The notes under the pieces are model-generated. The model saw only the letters and a list, made by a program, of their open reading frames with translations, had not been told where the DNA came from and ran no database searches. Source: Candidatus Heimdallarchaeota archaeon (lineage in GTDB: Archaea > Asgardarchaeota > Heimdallarchaeia > Heimdallarchaeales > Heimdallarchaeaceae). From it: a stretch of DNA of 64,000 bases. Shown piece after piece: positions 40,120 to 50,833 of this stretch (its first letter is position 1; each line of letters opens with the position of its first letter). Location of the stretch: NCBI GenBank assembly GCA_030668825.1, contig DAOVET010000001.1:42634-106633 (forward strand). Direction: 5' to 3'. The position numbers and the translations under genes are program-made.

Positions 40120-42528
40120 TTATTTTTCAAATACAAGATAGTTTGATTTTTCTTCACCGAAAATTGTTATTTCTCCTAATTCGATATATTTTCTCTTTTT
40201 TCCTTCTCGACTTATTTTGAAATACCATGTGTTTTTTGCTTTCTTTTCTCCTTGGATTTTAACAATCTCATAGTCTCCTTTTGAAAATTCAAGAGAATCT
40301 CCATCATCTAGATAGATCTCTCCTTCAGCTGTAGAATCTGTTGGAGAATCTGTTGGATATACTCTAAGAGAAATTTTAGAGTTGTATATCTCTCCTGTAT
40401 GTTGAATCGGTTTTTCAATGTAAGGTATTATTGAACCTTCCTTAACAAACAATGGTGTCACATCTAATGGAACATCAATTTCATGTACTTTACCACCTTC
40501 AAAAACAAGTTCTCCACAGAAACTATACCACCTTCCATGAGGAAGATAAACATCTCGTTTCCTTCTACCTCTCTTAAGAATTGGTGCTAAAAGTAAACTG
40601 TCTCCAAACAGATATTCAGTTTCTGACCATTCAGCAATTTGAGCTATTGGATCATTTGGGTAATCTATCCATAAAGCTCGAAAAACTGGAATGCCAGTTA
40701 AGCAAGTTTGTCTGACACTTGTGTAGATATAAAGCATCAAGGAATATCTTAATTGAATTGTTTTTCTGATAATATCTTCTGTTTTCTTTCCAAAAACCCA
40801 TGGTTCTTGAGAGCACTTCTTGTTAATTGTATGATTTCTGAAATATGGATACAGACATCCAGCTTGATACCAGCGAATAAGGAGCTCAGCTCCTGGTTTT
40901 CCTGCAAATCCTCCAATATCTGGACCTATCATTAATTGACCAGAAGCAGCCATATTTAACAACATAGGAATCGAAATTTGTAAATGGTCCCAGTTGGAGA
41001 TATTGTCACCCGTCCAAGTCCCTGCATACCTATGAGTTCCCAAATAAGCTGATCTGGAGTTGATATAGATTCGCTTGTTTGGTAACAGTTTTTCTAATCC
41101 TTCATAAGCTGCTTTTGCCATTAAATGACCATACTCATTATGCACATCTTTGTGTAAACGAGGTTTACCTTCATTTGGATGGATAACATCATCATCTATT
41201 GTTCCTTTTTCGTTAAAAAGAGATGGATCGTTCATATCAATCCAAAAACCACTAATGCCTACATTTGTTAGAGCAAAAAAGTGACTACCAAACCATTCAC
41301 GAGTTTTTATCTGAGTAAAATCAGGAAAATGACAATCACCAGGCCATACTGGACCAATAAATACCGAACCATCGGGATTTAAGCAGAAATGACCTTCTTT
41401 AATTCCTTCTTTATAAATTTTATATTTAGGATCTACTTTAACTCCTGGATCTGTAATGGCCATTAAACGAAAACCTTGTTCCAGAAGATCTTTTGATAAT
41501 TTCTTAGGATTAGGAAAATGAGTTTTGTTCCAAGTAAAAATTCGGTATTCATTCATGTAGTCGATATCCAAATGTATGTAATCACATGGGATATTCCTGT
41601 TTCGAAATTCTGAAGCTAGTTTTCTTACTTCTGATTCTGGATAATAAGACCAACGACTTTGATGATGACCGAGGGCAGAAATTGGAGGAAATGGAGCTTT
41701 TCCGAGAAGATCAGCTAATTTTGAAAACACCTTATTTACTGTTGGACCAACAATAAGATAATAATTGATTCCTCCCCCATTAACATAGTATTTTGTTGAA
41801 CAATCTTCATTGTCACCTATCTTGATTTGGCTACGATTTGGATTATCAAATACAATAGCATAGCAGAATCCGTTTGATCGAACTACTATTTGCACAGGTT
41901 GAGATTGATATAATTTTGAATCATCTGTGTTATATAAAAACGAATCAGTATTCCAGAAGGAAATTGTCTCACCCTTCTTATCTAGTGGTCTTCCTTTTTC
42001 CCCAAATCCATAATAATTCTCACACCCAACTTCTGGTAATTTTTCTATCTTATACCAGTCTTCTTCATGATAACTAGGAAATTCTTCAGCAAATAGTTGG
42101 AATCCAAATCCATCTTTAAAGACAATTTGACCTTTTTCCTTGTCTATCTCAGTAACAAGAAATACAATTGGTCCTGACTCCTGGCTAATTGTAATTTTCT
42201 CTTTCTCTTCCGTGGTTACTAAAGCTGGAGGGTTTTTACTTTCAAGTATAATTGCATCAGTTTGTGGAATATCTGATAAATTCTTAGAAATTCGAATATT
42301 TATAATTCCATTAGCTACAGATTTGATCTGAAATTCCCCATCCTCTAAGGATGCCTCAAAATCATATTTACGAGCTTTACTGGAAACAATATTATTCATT
42401 TTTTTCCATTTTGATTCATCTTTAGGCAAAACCACCTTATTATACTCTAACATTTTCCTTCTGAAGACATTATTTATTGCGAATTTCACCATCCAAAATG
42501 GAATTTTTCCAACAATATCTGAAGACAT
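40120..42528 (-). CDS. Glycoside hydrolase family 31 (alpha-glucosidase-like)
   Basis: YGFGE, HLDIDYM, WIDMND (nucleophile), WTGDN (acid/base), GPDIGGF, RNH. Confidence 0.93.
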   Translation of the reverse strand: MSSDIVGKIPFWMVKFAINNVFRRKMLEYNKVVLPKDESKWKKMNNIVSSKARKYDFEASLEDGEFQIKSVANGIINIRISKNLSDIPQTDAIILESKNPPALVTTEEKEKITISQESGPIVFLVTEIDKEKGQIVFKDGFGFQLFAEEFPSYHEEDWYKIEKLPEVGCENYYGFGEKGRPLDKKGETISFWNTDSFLYNTDDSKLYQSQPVQIVVRSNGFCYAIVFDNPNRSQIKIGDNEDCSTKYYVNGGGINYYLIVGPTVNKVFSKLADLLGKAPFPPISALGHHQSRWSYYPESEVRKLASEFRNRNIPCDYIHLDIDYMNEYRIFTWNKTHFPNPKKLSKDLLEQGFRLMAITDPGVKVDPKYKIYKEGIKEGHFCLNPDGSVFIGPVWPGDCHFPDFTQIKTREWFGSHFFALTNVGISGFWIDMNDPSLFNEKGTIDDDVIHPNEGKPRLHKDVHNEYGHLMAKAAYEGLEKLLPNKRIYINSRSAYLGTHRYAGTWTGDNISNWDHLQISIPMLLNMAASGQLMIGPDIGGFAGKPGAELLIRWYQAGCLYPYFRNHTINKKCSQEPWVFGKKTEDIIRKTIQLRYSLMLYIYTSVRQTCLTGIPVFRALWIDYPNDPIAQIAEWSETEYLFGDSLLLAPILKRGRRKRDVYLPHGRWYSFCGELVFEGGKVHEIDVPLDVTPLFVKEGSIIPYIEKPIQHTGEIYNSKISLRVYPTDSPTDSTAEGEIYLDDGDSLEFSKGDYEIVKIQGEKKAKNTWYFKISREGKKRKYIELGEITIFGEEKSNYLVFEK

Positions 42529-42579
42529 TAATTGTACAATTAACTAAGAATTCAAAAATTTATCTAGAGAAAACTGAAT

Positions 42580-43110
42580 TTAAGTGAAAATATATACTAA
42601 TAATCCTATCAAAAATGCGGTAAGAGTAATTGACGCTGCTGTAAATGAGCTTGCGGGAAGAATTCTCAGATCAATTGTGAATTTAGGGTAAAATGGAGCT
42701 AAAGGTTTCATTTTACCAGACAACAAATCCAGCAGAAAATGCCCTAAATAGCAACAAGAAGCAAGAATTGCAAGTTCAGGATATGGTCCTTTTATCCCGA
42801 ATATAAGATAACTTATTCCTCCAACAACTACCACCCCAAAGGGTTCATGTAACCAAGTATGATAAATGAAATCATCTCTTTCATCGAGTGTTGTGAAATA
42901 TACTTTGATTAATTTTGGAATATTCCATATTTTGATTCCTTTGAAATTTTTTCGATAATAAAAAACATGATCGTAGTCTACGAGAATTCCAAAAACAAAC
43001 ATAACAATGAGAAGTAACCAAATAGGTATATCATGATAGAATTGAACAAATATCAACCCAATTAGAACAGAAACACTACCGTGAGTCACAGCATCCATTA
43101 TGCATTTCAA
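42580..43110 (-). CDS. Membrane-bound metal-dependent hydrolase (YdjM-like)
   Basis: TH, D.DH, HTWLH and GH..LD motifs with TM helices. Confidence 0.75.
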   Translation of the reverse strand: MKCIMDAVTHGSVSVLIGLIFVQFYHDIPIWLLLIVMFVFGILVDYDHVFYYRKNFKGIKIWNIPKLIKVYFTTLDERDDFIYHTWLHEPFGVVVVGGISYLIFGIKGPYPELAILASCCYLGHFLLDLLSGKMKPLAPFYPKFTIDLRILPASSFTAASITLTAFLIGLLVYIFT

Positions 43111-43183
43111 TTAAATGATAGTTAAAAATTTTCTCATCAACCTTTTCTCAAAGTTTATTTAAAAGGAAGGTAATATTACTTTA

Positions 43184-43645
43184 ATGGATTGCAGTACGTT
43201 TGATAAAATTGTATCTACACCTTCTTTAGGAGATTCAGCTAGACGGGAAGCACTTCAAGATTTAATAAAAAACGGCTGCTTAACTTCTCTCTTTGGGCAT
43301 GCTCAAACCTCTTCAAGGATTGATTGGGTAAGAAATTATTCACTTTTAGCTCTTACTAAATTTGCTTCAGTTAATACAGCTGCTGAGGATATTGCAATTA
43401 CTTTACAAGACGATGAAGTGTTACTAGATTATTCATTAGACAAGGAAAAACTAAAACTAAAAGCTGCAAAATTACTTTTTCTTTTCATAACTCTTGAAAA
43501 TAAGCCAAGAAAGTTCAAAAAAATTGCTCTAATTGGATTGATAGTTGGAGAACATTGGGACTATTGTTATGAACTGGGAGAGGATCCAAATATAGAAGAG
43601 TGGATTCAACGAACTATTCAATCAGCTCTTAAAACAAAAAAATAG
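43184..43645 (+). CDS. Hypothetical helical protein
   Basis: 153-aa ATG ORF filling the intergenic space. Confidence 0.7.
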   Translation: MDCSTFDKIVSTPSLGDSARREALQDLIKNGCLTSLFGHAQTSSRIDWVRNYSLLALTKFASVNTAAEDIAITLQDDEVLLDYSLDKEKLKLKAAKLLFLFITLENKPRKFKKIALIGLIVGEHWDYCYELGEDPNIEEWIQRTIQSALKTKK

Positions 43646-43659
43646 AGAAAAAAAGGAAA

Positions 43660-46317
43660 TTAGATAACTAATAGTGCTTTTTCCTTTGTAAGTTGTTCAG
43701 CTTCAGCTGCAGCCTCATTGAAAATTGATATTTGAAATCTATTATGGAAGGGTGATATTTTTGAGGCCCATTCAGAAATTTTGTAAAAAGGTTTAGCCAT
43801 GAAGCGGAATCCTTTTACCATTTCTGTTGCTGTCTTTAGTTCTCCTAACGTGTTGTCATCAAAAGCTCCAAACCAACTTGCAATGAAAGCATAAAGATAT
43901 AACCCAAATATTGTTCCTACTAGCAAAATCACAACCGAAGTGATGATTTCTCCTTGCCAAATTAATTGGAATAATCCTTCAAGGATACCAAATAGAATTG
44001 CAGCTGAAATCAGGGGAGCGATAATTCCTTGCCAATAAAGATCCTTCCATTTGAATTTGAAATAATCATTCCTCCTAATCTGCCACCACATAAAGATGTT
44101 TTTGATAATTAAAGCAGGGAAGTAAGCAAACATAATAGCAATCATAGGAGAACCAAACGTTGCTGCAAACCACCCGTTGAGCGGTATAAATACAGCCAGT
44201 AAACTAGCTCGTATTACTTGTTCTATCACCCAGCTTATAGCTGCCCAACCTGGTCTGTCTGATCCTGCGAAAAGCCAATCTCCTAGCCATGAGAAATATC
44301 CAATTGAGTGAAAGAATAAGAACCAGATGATTAAAGTACCAGCACTTGCCCATTCAGCACCTGCTCCACCTGCTATGAATCTCCATCCAATAGCCGCAAG
44401 GGCAGCGACAAGATACCAATCAAAGTACGCACTCCATTTAAGAGAACTGACTGTATAATATCTCGTTAATACTGGTTTCTTTGCATGGTAGGATTCAGAT
44501 ATTGCAGGTAAGAAACCTTGAGCAAAAAGACCTACTAACATTACAATCATTGCAAAGTTCCAAGCTATAGAGAAGAAACCTTGTTGTTGCGTGTAATTTG
44601 GTAAGAATTTTGATAATAGGAACAACTGAATAAACCAGCCTAAAGGTGGCAAAATAGCTCCCATCATCCATTTCACACCAAATTTTAATGCCTCTTTAAT
44701 TTCTGCCTTCGTAAAATCAATTCTGAAGATCGTTTTCAATGAGAATCCCAATTTCTTAAAGAAGAGCAACCCAACAAAAAACGATACAATTTGAATAACA
44801 TAGAATCCAACACTATACCCAATGGCACCCGCTAATCCATCACCAAACATTGGGTTTCGTCCTAATGTATATCTGAATAGTACAATAATTCCATATTGGA
44901 TCGTTATGTTGAAGACTGCGTAGAGTAGTAAATTCAATATTTGATAGATGTCTATCCGGTTCATTGCTTGGAAGAGATACATAAATACTAGAAAGAACGC
45001 AGGCCATTGGAAAAATGCATGTGTAACAAAAAGCCATGACATATGGGCTAAGAATGTGTGTGGGAATACAATTGAACCGATAAATGAAATTATGAATAGT
45101 TGTGCAACCCCTGACACCATTTGGAACCAAACAAACAATTGTACATATTTGATTGCTTGCTCAGGTCGTTTTACTCTATGTTCGCTGAAGAACTTTACAA
45201 GAATAACGGAAGTACCTAAGTCAAAGAATAACCATAGCGCTTCAAAGAATCTAATTGTAAAATCGTAAAATCCTACCGCTTGAGGACTTGGAAGAATGAT
45301 TAAAGGAAAAACTAATGCTGACATAACTGCATTTGGTAGGATGATGAGAAGTCCTGCAAATAACTGCACCAAAAATCCACCCAATTGTCTATGCATACCA
45401 ACTTCTTCCCATCCTGCAGCTTTCTCCTCTTCTTTACTCATTTCTTTTAAATCGCTTTTCTTAATTGGATTTTTCTTCGAATATTTCTTTGCAAAAATGA
45501 AACCAACTATCGTAGCGATACTTGTCAATAAAACAGCTACTCCCAGAATTATAGTTTCATTTGTATGAGGAACTGGAGAATAATCCCAGTTAGCATAACT
45601 TCTGACTGGATCTCCGATTGATGATTTCATAGTTAAATATAACATATAATTGAAAAAAGGCCATTCAACTAACTCTTTGTTGAAATCCATACTTGGGAAG
45701 AAATTGAATACGAAATGTTTGTCATTTCCTGAAGTAGTGATTAGTGCTAGATTGGGGTCATCACTTGTATCTGAAGTTTCAATAAGAGTAGTTCCTTCAA
45801 GCTTGATATTAGTATAGTTTGTAATAGTAGGCACTGAATTCCATTGAATGTTTTCTAAGATGGGATGAGGATCTCCAATAAACGTTTCAGATACCGGAAC
45901 AGGTAGAGAATAATTTCCACTAGTAATTGTTCCGTTTATACTTGAAGCTAATCCAAGAGAAATTAACAAAGTAGCATTGGAAGCGAGATTTGTGTAGATA
46001 AATACCGCAATGCCACCAGGAAAAGCTCCCAGCAAATTGATCTCTGCTGTGGTAGGAGTATAATCTAAAATAACAATACTATCATAACTACTAATGTCTG
46101 ATCCAATTGTATTACTCTCTGTAATCACAAACATTGGATCCAGGGATAATCTTGCAAGTAGAGCTTCTTCAATGTCTTCACCTACTACCAGAACTTCTAT
46201 TGATGTCTGTGCTTGAATTTGTGTAGTAACAATACTAAGGGTAAGGACAGATAAAAGACAAAGAAGCATTAATAGAATGAATTTCTTCTTCATAATAATA
46301 CCATATTCAAGCAACAA
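43660..46317 (-). CDS. Large membrane protein: extracellular N-terminal domain plus MOP/flippase-like multi-TM domain
   Basis: Signal peptide, ~220-aa extracellular domain, then ~13-14 TM helices with FDLGT...KFFSE and F.PAISESY patterns. Confidence 0.7.
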   Translation of the reverse strand: MLLEYGIIMKKKFILLMLLCLLSVLTLSIVTTQIQAQTSIEVLVVGEDIEEALLARLSLDPMFVITESNTIGSDISSYDSIVILDYTPTTAEINLLGAFPGGIAVFIYTNLASNATLLISLGLASSINGTITSGNYSLPVPVSETFIGDPHPILENIQWNSVPTITNYTNIKLEGTTLIETSDTSDDPNLALITTSGNDKHFVFNFFPSMDFNKELVEWPFFNYMLYLTMKSSIGDPVRSYANWDYSPVPHTNETIILGVAVLLTSIATIVGFIFAKKYSKKNPIKKSDLKEMSKEEEKAAGWEEVGMHRQLGGFLVQLFAGLLIILPNAVMSALVFPLIILPSPQAVGFYDFTIRFFEALWLFFDLGTSVILVKFFSEHRVKRPEQAIKYVQLFVWFQMVSGVAQLFIISFIGSIVFPHTFLAHMSWLFVTHAFFQWPAFFLVFMYLFQAMNRIDIYQILNLLLYAVFNITIQYGIIVLFRYTLGRNPMFGDGLAGAIGYSVGFYVIQIVSFFVGLLFFKKLGFSLKTIFRIDFTKAEIKEALKFGVKWMMGAILPPLGWFIQLFLLSKFLPNYTQQQGFFSIAWNFAMIVMLVGLFAQGFLPAISESYHAKKPVLTRYYTVSSLKWSAYFDWYLVAALAAIGWRFIAGGAGAEWASAGTLIIWFLFFHSIGYFSWLGDWLFAGSDRPGWAAISWVIEQVIRASLLAVFIPLNGWFAATFGSPMIAIMFAYFPALIIKNIFMWWQIRRNDYFKFKWKDLYWQGIIAPLISAAILFGILEGLFQLIWQGEIITSVVILLVGTIFGLYLYAFIASWFGAFDDNTLGELKTATEMVKGFRFMAKPFYKISEWASKISPFHNRFQISIFNEAAAEAEQLTKEKALLVI

Positions 46318-46385
46318 CTCTAACTAGTATATATCTCTTATTGAAAAAAATTGAGCACATCTACTCTAATTTGAGCAATTAACTT

Positions 46386-46817
46386 TCATGGGGAGTAATC
46401 TACTACATATCCTTCTGCTTCTAGAAAATCTTTATAGCTAGAAAGAATCGCGTTTCTAAGAAAAGCTACAGTTTCTGCATTAAGAGAATAAACCATTATT
46501 TCTCTTAGAGTTAAGAAGAATTTTATCAAAATCTCATCAAAAGCTTTCATTCTTTCATTTGCATGAATGAATCTGAATTCATTTATTGGACGACCTTTCT
46601 CTTTTTCCCACTCTCGGCATGTCTGTTTTAGAACCGTCTCAATTCCAGCTCTATTCGTGCTTGGCATAGCATTCATAACACATTCGAGGAGCTTTTCAAA
46701 GATTTCCAACTGTCCCTTATTGAGCATAATCTTTCTTGATTTAATCTTAATCGCATTGAGTTTTCCTTGTTCAAGCTCAAAACTTATACTCATTATAATG
46801 TAAATTTGCTTGCTCAT
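46386..46817 (-). CDS. Hypothetical protein
   Basis: 143-aa ORF; start uncertain. Confidence 0.6.
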   Translation of the reverse strand: MSKQIYIIMSISFELEQGKLNAIKIKSRKIMLNKGQLEIFEKLLECVMNAMPSTNRAGIETVLKQTCREWEKEKGRPINEFRFIHANERMKAFDEILIKFFLTLREIMVYSLNAETVAFLRNAILSSYKDFLEAEGYVVDYSP

Positions 46818-46923
46818 CTATAAATTTTTTCGAAGTATATGCTATTTCACAAAAAAAAAGATTGAAAATTTATCTAAATATCACATGACAAACAATTTTA
46901 AATTACAAGCACCAATCTATTGT

Positions 46924-47469
46924 ATGACTGTTCATTTTCCCAAACCAGGTGATCATTCTGAAGAAGTATTTGCTCTAGTGAACAGAAGACTAGAACAGGG
47001 GGATATTGACCAAGTTATAATAGCTACAACCTCAGGAAACACTGCTTTAAAAGCAGTTAAAGCCTTTGCAGGAGTTAAGTTAATAGCTGTCACTCATCAA
47101 GCTGGATTTCGAGAAATTGGTGAAATGGAAATTCCTGTTGAAACAATTCAAGAACTAGAATCTAAAGATGTAAAGGTTGTAACAGCTACTCATGTTTTAG
47201 CTGGTGTTGATAGAGCAGTTAGGAAAAAACATGGTACGTGGTTAACAGCTGAAATTATGGCTGAGACTCTGAGAATATTTGGTCAAGGTACTAAGGTTTG
47301 TGCAGAAATTGTTGTTATGGCGGCAGATGCTGGTGTCATTTCCATGAATGATGTAATCGTTATTGGAGGAACAGGAAGAGGAGCTGATACTGCATGGGTT
47401 GTAACCCCTGCTCATTCTAATACTTTTTTCCACATGAAAATGAAAGAATTGTTATGTAAACCAGAATGA
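46924..47469 (+). CDS. Pyruvate kinase C-terminal (alpha/beta) domain-like protein
   Basis: F.KPG, IATTSG.TA, VTH..GF, FGQG.KVC.EI.VMAADAG, GGTGRGADTA; probable start at 46924. Confidence 0.85.
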   Translation: MTVHFPKPGDHSEEVFALVNRRLEQGDIDQVIIATTSGNTALKAVKAFAGVKLIAVTHQAGFREIGEMEIPVETIQELESKDVKVVTATHVLAGVDRAVRKKHGTWLTAEIMAETLRIFGQGTKVCAEIVVMAADAGVISMNDVIVIGGTGRGADTAWVVTPAHSNTFFHMKMKELLCKPE

Positions 47470-47487
47470 ATCAGTTGGCGTGAAGAA

Positions 47488-48201
47488 ATGGAGTTTAACA
47501 CCACTCAAGTAGATTGGATACGTGACCTAGTTGCTCTTCTAGTTATTATTGTAACTGTGAACTCTATTTTTTTGCTTAAAGCGGTAGGATGTAAAAGGTG
47601 GCAGATTAGAAAGATAGGACATATGATTTTGCATACAGTTGTTGCATTCTTTCCATATTTCTTCGATAATTTATTTGATATTTATGTGTCAGTTCTTTTA
47701 GCTCTAGGGCTTTTCTTATTTCTTTCAGCTATCCCACAAGTTCGGTATCTTCAGAGAATATTCAAGATGTGTTCAAGAGAGGAAAGTAATTCATGGGAAT
47801 TATTTTTTAACTCAATATTTACTGGTATAACACTCTTAGTCCTTCTTTGGCTCTTCAAAGATCAAGCTCTTTTGTTTGTTTTTACAGCAGCATATCTAAC
47901 CATGAGTTTAGGTGATGGATTAGGGGAAATGATAGGGCGACCTTTTGGTAAAATTAAATACAAAATATTTTCAGAGAAAAGCTTGGAAGGGTCTTTTGCA
48001 GTTTTTGTAGGAACAGCTATTGCAATTACAATCTCTCTTGCAGTTAATTCAATGATTATGTTACCAGGAGTATGGTGGAAAATTCTTGTAACATCTGTAG
48101 TCGGAGTAGCTGTTGAAGCTTTGAGTTACAAATTCCTTGATAATGCTACACTTCCAGGAATTACGGCGTTAATGCTCTATTTATTCTTCGTTCTAATATG
48201 A
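47488..48201 (+). CDS. Dolichol/phytol kinase-like (CTP-dependent) membrane protein
   Basis: RKIGH, GDGLGEMIGRPFG, KSLEGS, DN..LP. Confidence 0.85.
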   Translation: MEFNTTQVDWIRDLVALLVIIVTVNSIFLLKAVGCKRWQIRKIGHMILHTVVAFFPYFFDNLFDIYVSVLLALGLFLFLSAIPQVRYLQRIFKMCSREESNSWELFFNSIFTGITLLVLLWLFKDQALLFVFTAAYLTMSLGDGLGEMIGRPFGKIKYKIFSEKSLEGSFAVFVGTAIAITISLAVNSMIMLPGVWWKILVTSVVGVAVEALSYKFLDNATLPGITALMLYLFFVLI

Positions 48202-48765
48202 AGAATTTTTCTTAGCATTAAGAAGATAGGTGGATTTAGTCAACCTCTCCCATTCTACTGTAAAATTATATTTCTTACATATTTCTTCGAGACTTTTAGG
48301 TGAAAGAAACTTGCTTCCAAATAGTAATAATTTTTCAAAGAAAATAAGAAAGCGTGTTTTCCAGTGGTCTGGATCAAATTCTCTTACCATTAAGTGACCT
48401 GAAGTGCTTAGTATTTCATAACATTGTTCAATTGTTTCATCTTGCTTATGTATGTGATGTAAAGTGTCATTAGCAAAAATCTGAGGAATTGACCCTTTTC
48501 GAAAAGGCAAAGCTTCACTTACACCTTGTACTATCATAATAGTAGTAGATTTCTTTTTAGCTTGATTTATCATCTCAAAGGATCTATCTAAAAGAATACA
48601 ACCATTAACATATTCTTCAAATGCTACAGCTAATCTTCCTGTTCCACCACCTAAATCTAATATGACTTCATTATGAATTAGTGTTAGATTATCTAAAATT
48701 GTACTTAGGTCAAAACCTTTTATGATTTTATCATATCTTTTAGCAATCCTAGAAAATAAATCCAT
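48193..48765 (-). CDS. Class I SAM-dependent methyltransferase (UbiE-like)
   Basis: F..IA.RYD, ILDLGGGTG, E.LPF, LHH. Confidence 0.9.
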   Translation of the reverse strand: MDLFSRIAKRYDKIIKGFDLSTILDNLTLIHNEVILDLGGGTGRLAVAFEEYVNGCILLDRSFEMINQAKKKSTTIMIVQGVSEALPFRKGSIPQIFANDTLHHIHKQDETIEQCYEILSTSGHLMVREFDPDHWKTRFLIFFEKLLLFGSKFLSPKSLEEICKKYNFTVEWERLTKSTYLLNAKKNSSY

Positions 48766-48818
48766 AAATTAAAAAAATGCACTCACATATAAATGAATGT
48801 AAAAAGAAGAAGTGAAGT

Positions 48819-49796
48819 TTAGCAAATTTCTGTTGGCCATTCTTCATCCTTATACCAATAGGGTTTTCTTATCATTCCAAAAGCGTTGTGAGCTGCAATT
48901 GCCCCCTGAGCTACTGCAATAACAATCAATTGATATTTTGAAGCAATATCTCCTATAGCAAAGACTCCAGGAACGTTTGTTCTCATCTCTCTATCAACAA
49001 GTACATATTTTCCATCTGTTTCTAAGCCGATTTCTTCAAAAATCTCTAAACTAGTTTTTAGACCAACAGCTAAAACACATTTATCAATTTCTACAACCTT
49101 TTCTTCTTTTGTTTCAACTTGTTCAAGTATTGCTTTTTCTAAGTTTTCTTCACCCTCTAAAGCTTTCAATTGATGTAAGTAGATTATTTCTGCTAAATCA
49201 TTGTCTACGATTTCCTGAACTGTTGTTTCAGCTGCTCTGAAACTATCTCTTCGGTGACACAGATAGATCTTTTTAGCTAAACCTGAAATTGTTCTAACAG
49301 CATCAATAGCTGTATCTCCTCCACCAACAACTAGAACGGTGCTTCCTTTGAAGCGATCAGGATCTGTAACGAAATTGTACAATCCTCTATCTTTTCTTTT
49401 GAACTTATTTTCTCCTGGAACACCTAATTCAGCAGGTCTTGAACCAGTAGCAATAACTATACTTCTAAAATTATAGCTGCTTTCATTTGTTACGATTGTG
49501 AGAGCATCATCCTTTTTCTCAACTTTAACAACTCTCTCGTCAATAATTTCGGCATCTACTTCTTTAGATTGAATAACAAATTCATCAATTAGTCTTTTTG
49601 CCAAAATACTAGGGTTACCTGGATAATTTTCAACTATTTTTCGACCATAAAGTGTAGTAACTATACCACCCAACCTACCTCCTTCAAAGACAGTTACTTT
49701 AAGTCCTTTATAGGCAGCAATGATAGCACAACCCATACCACCTACTCCCCCACCTACGATCCCAAGATCTCCATGAAACATATCATCTGATGACAT
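48819..49796 (-). CDS. Thioredoxin-reductase-fold FAD/NAD(P) oxidoreductase lacking CxxC (ferredoxin-NADP reductase type)
   Basis: GGGVGG, IATG, VGGGDTA.D, HRR..FRA, TNVPGVFAIGD; YNFVTD at the usual CxxC position. Confidence 0.85.
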   Translation of the reverse strand: MSSDDMFHGDLGIVGGGVGGMGCAIIAAYKGLKVTVFEGGRLGGIVTTLYGRKIVENYPGNPSILAKRLIDEFVIQSKEVDAEIIDERVVKVEKKDDALTIVTNESSYNFRSIVIATGSRPAELGVPGENKFKRKDRGLYNFVTDPDRFKGSTVLVVGGGDTAIDAVRTISGLAKKIYLCHRRDSFRAAETTVQEIVDNDLAEIIYLHQLKALEGEENLEKAILEQVETKEEKVVEIDKCVLAVGLKTSLEIFEEIGLETDGKYVLVDREMRTNVPGVFAIGDIASKYQLIVIAVAQGAIAAHNAFGMIRKPYWYKDEEWPTEIC

Positions 49797-49899
49797 AAGA
49801 GCTGAAAATCGTTCTTATTAATAATCTTTATGAACTCGACATGTTTGGAGTAATAAAATAATAACCTTGTAGGATTAATTTTCCTCTAATTGTTGAGAA

Positions 49900-50727
49900 G
49901 TGGTCGTTTTGGAAAACAAATATGCTCAGAATTTGGAATTTTATAACGATTCTCCTGTTTGTATTTTGATTTTTCATGGACTATCTGCTACTCCTTTTGA
50001 TATGAAACATCTAGCAGAATCGCTTTCGAAACAAGGATATGATGTATTCGTGCCAATAATACCTTATCATGGAATTTCTTTTGACCATCTTCTTGAGCTA
50101 AAAGACCCCACAGAACTTTATGAATGGGGAAAGGCATTAATTTTTCAAAAAAAACAAGAATATGATAAGCTTATTGTTCTTGGGTTCTCTTTAGGGGCAG
50201 GGATGACTTTTGTAGCTGAGACTAGTAATCCAACAGCTGATGCTTATATCGGGATAAGCACTGGCGGAATATTCTCTTGGATGTTAAGGTTGTTCTCATT
50301 TGTCTATAGGTTCATTAAAATCAAATCAATTCCTTTTTCTTTACCAAGTGACTACGACAAAACGTTGGTTGATGAAGAATATCTAGAATGGAAAATGGAA
50401 AATATGAACAAAATGCCAATGAGCATTTTGGTCCATGCAGTTCGTCATTCCAAGCATTTGAAGAAGGTAGTTAACAAACTAGTTACGCCTGTTTTAATCA
50501 TTAATGGAGTCAAAGACTTGACAACTAGTAAGAAAGCTACTACTTATGTTGTTAAGAATGCTTCTTCAAAAATAAGGAAAGGATTTCTTGTGAAGGGTGG
50601 TGGTCATTTGCTCCTGAGTACTGGATTTTTTGACATAATTTTTGAAGAAATAATAACTTTCATCCATCAAGTTCTAGAAAATGATCAAAAAGAAGTTGAA
50701 TATCTAGGAGAACTCTCTCTAAAATAG
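49900..50727 (+). CDS. Alpha/beta hydrolase (carboxylesterase-like)
   Basis: FHG, GFSLG nucleophile elbow, G.KD, GGH. Confidence 0.88.
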   Translation: MVVLENKYAQNLEFYNDSPVCILIFHGLSATPFDMKHLAESLSKQGYDVFVPIIPYHGISFDHLLELKDPTELYEWGKALIFQKKQEYDKLIVLGFSLGAGMTFVAETSNPTADAYIGISTGGIFSWMLRLFSFVYRFIKIKSIPFSLPSDYDKTLVDEEYLEWKMENMNKMPMSILVHAVRHSKHLKKVVNKLVTPVLIINGVKDLTTSKKATTYVVKNASSKIRKGFLVKGGGHLLLSTGFFDIIFEEIITFIHQVLENDQKEVEYLGELSLK

Positions 50728-50760
50728 ATGAATTTACATTTTCAACGAATTTTTCTTATT

Positions 50761-50780
50761 TTGTGTTAAACCTAACACAA
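50761..50780. promoter_or_regulatory. Inverted repeat upstream of DUF3160 cluster (operator or terminator candidate)
   Basis: ttgtgtta-aacc-taacacaa, perfect 8-bp arms. Confidence 0.35.
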
Positions 50781-50833
50781 GAATAGTTAATAATTCACAA
50801 ATAGTATACTTTAGCTAAAGTACAGGGATATTA

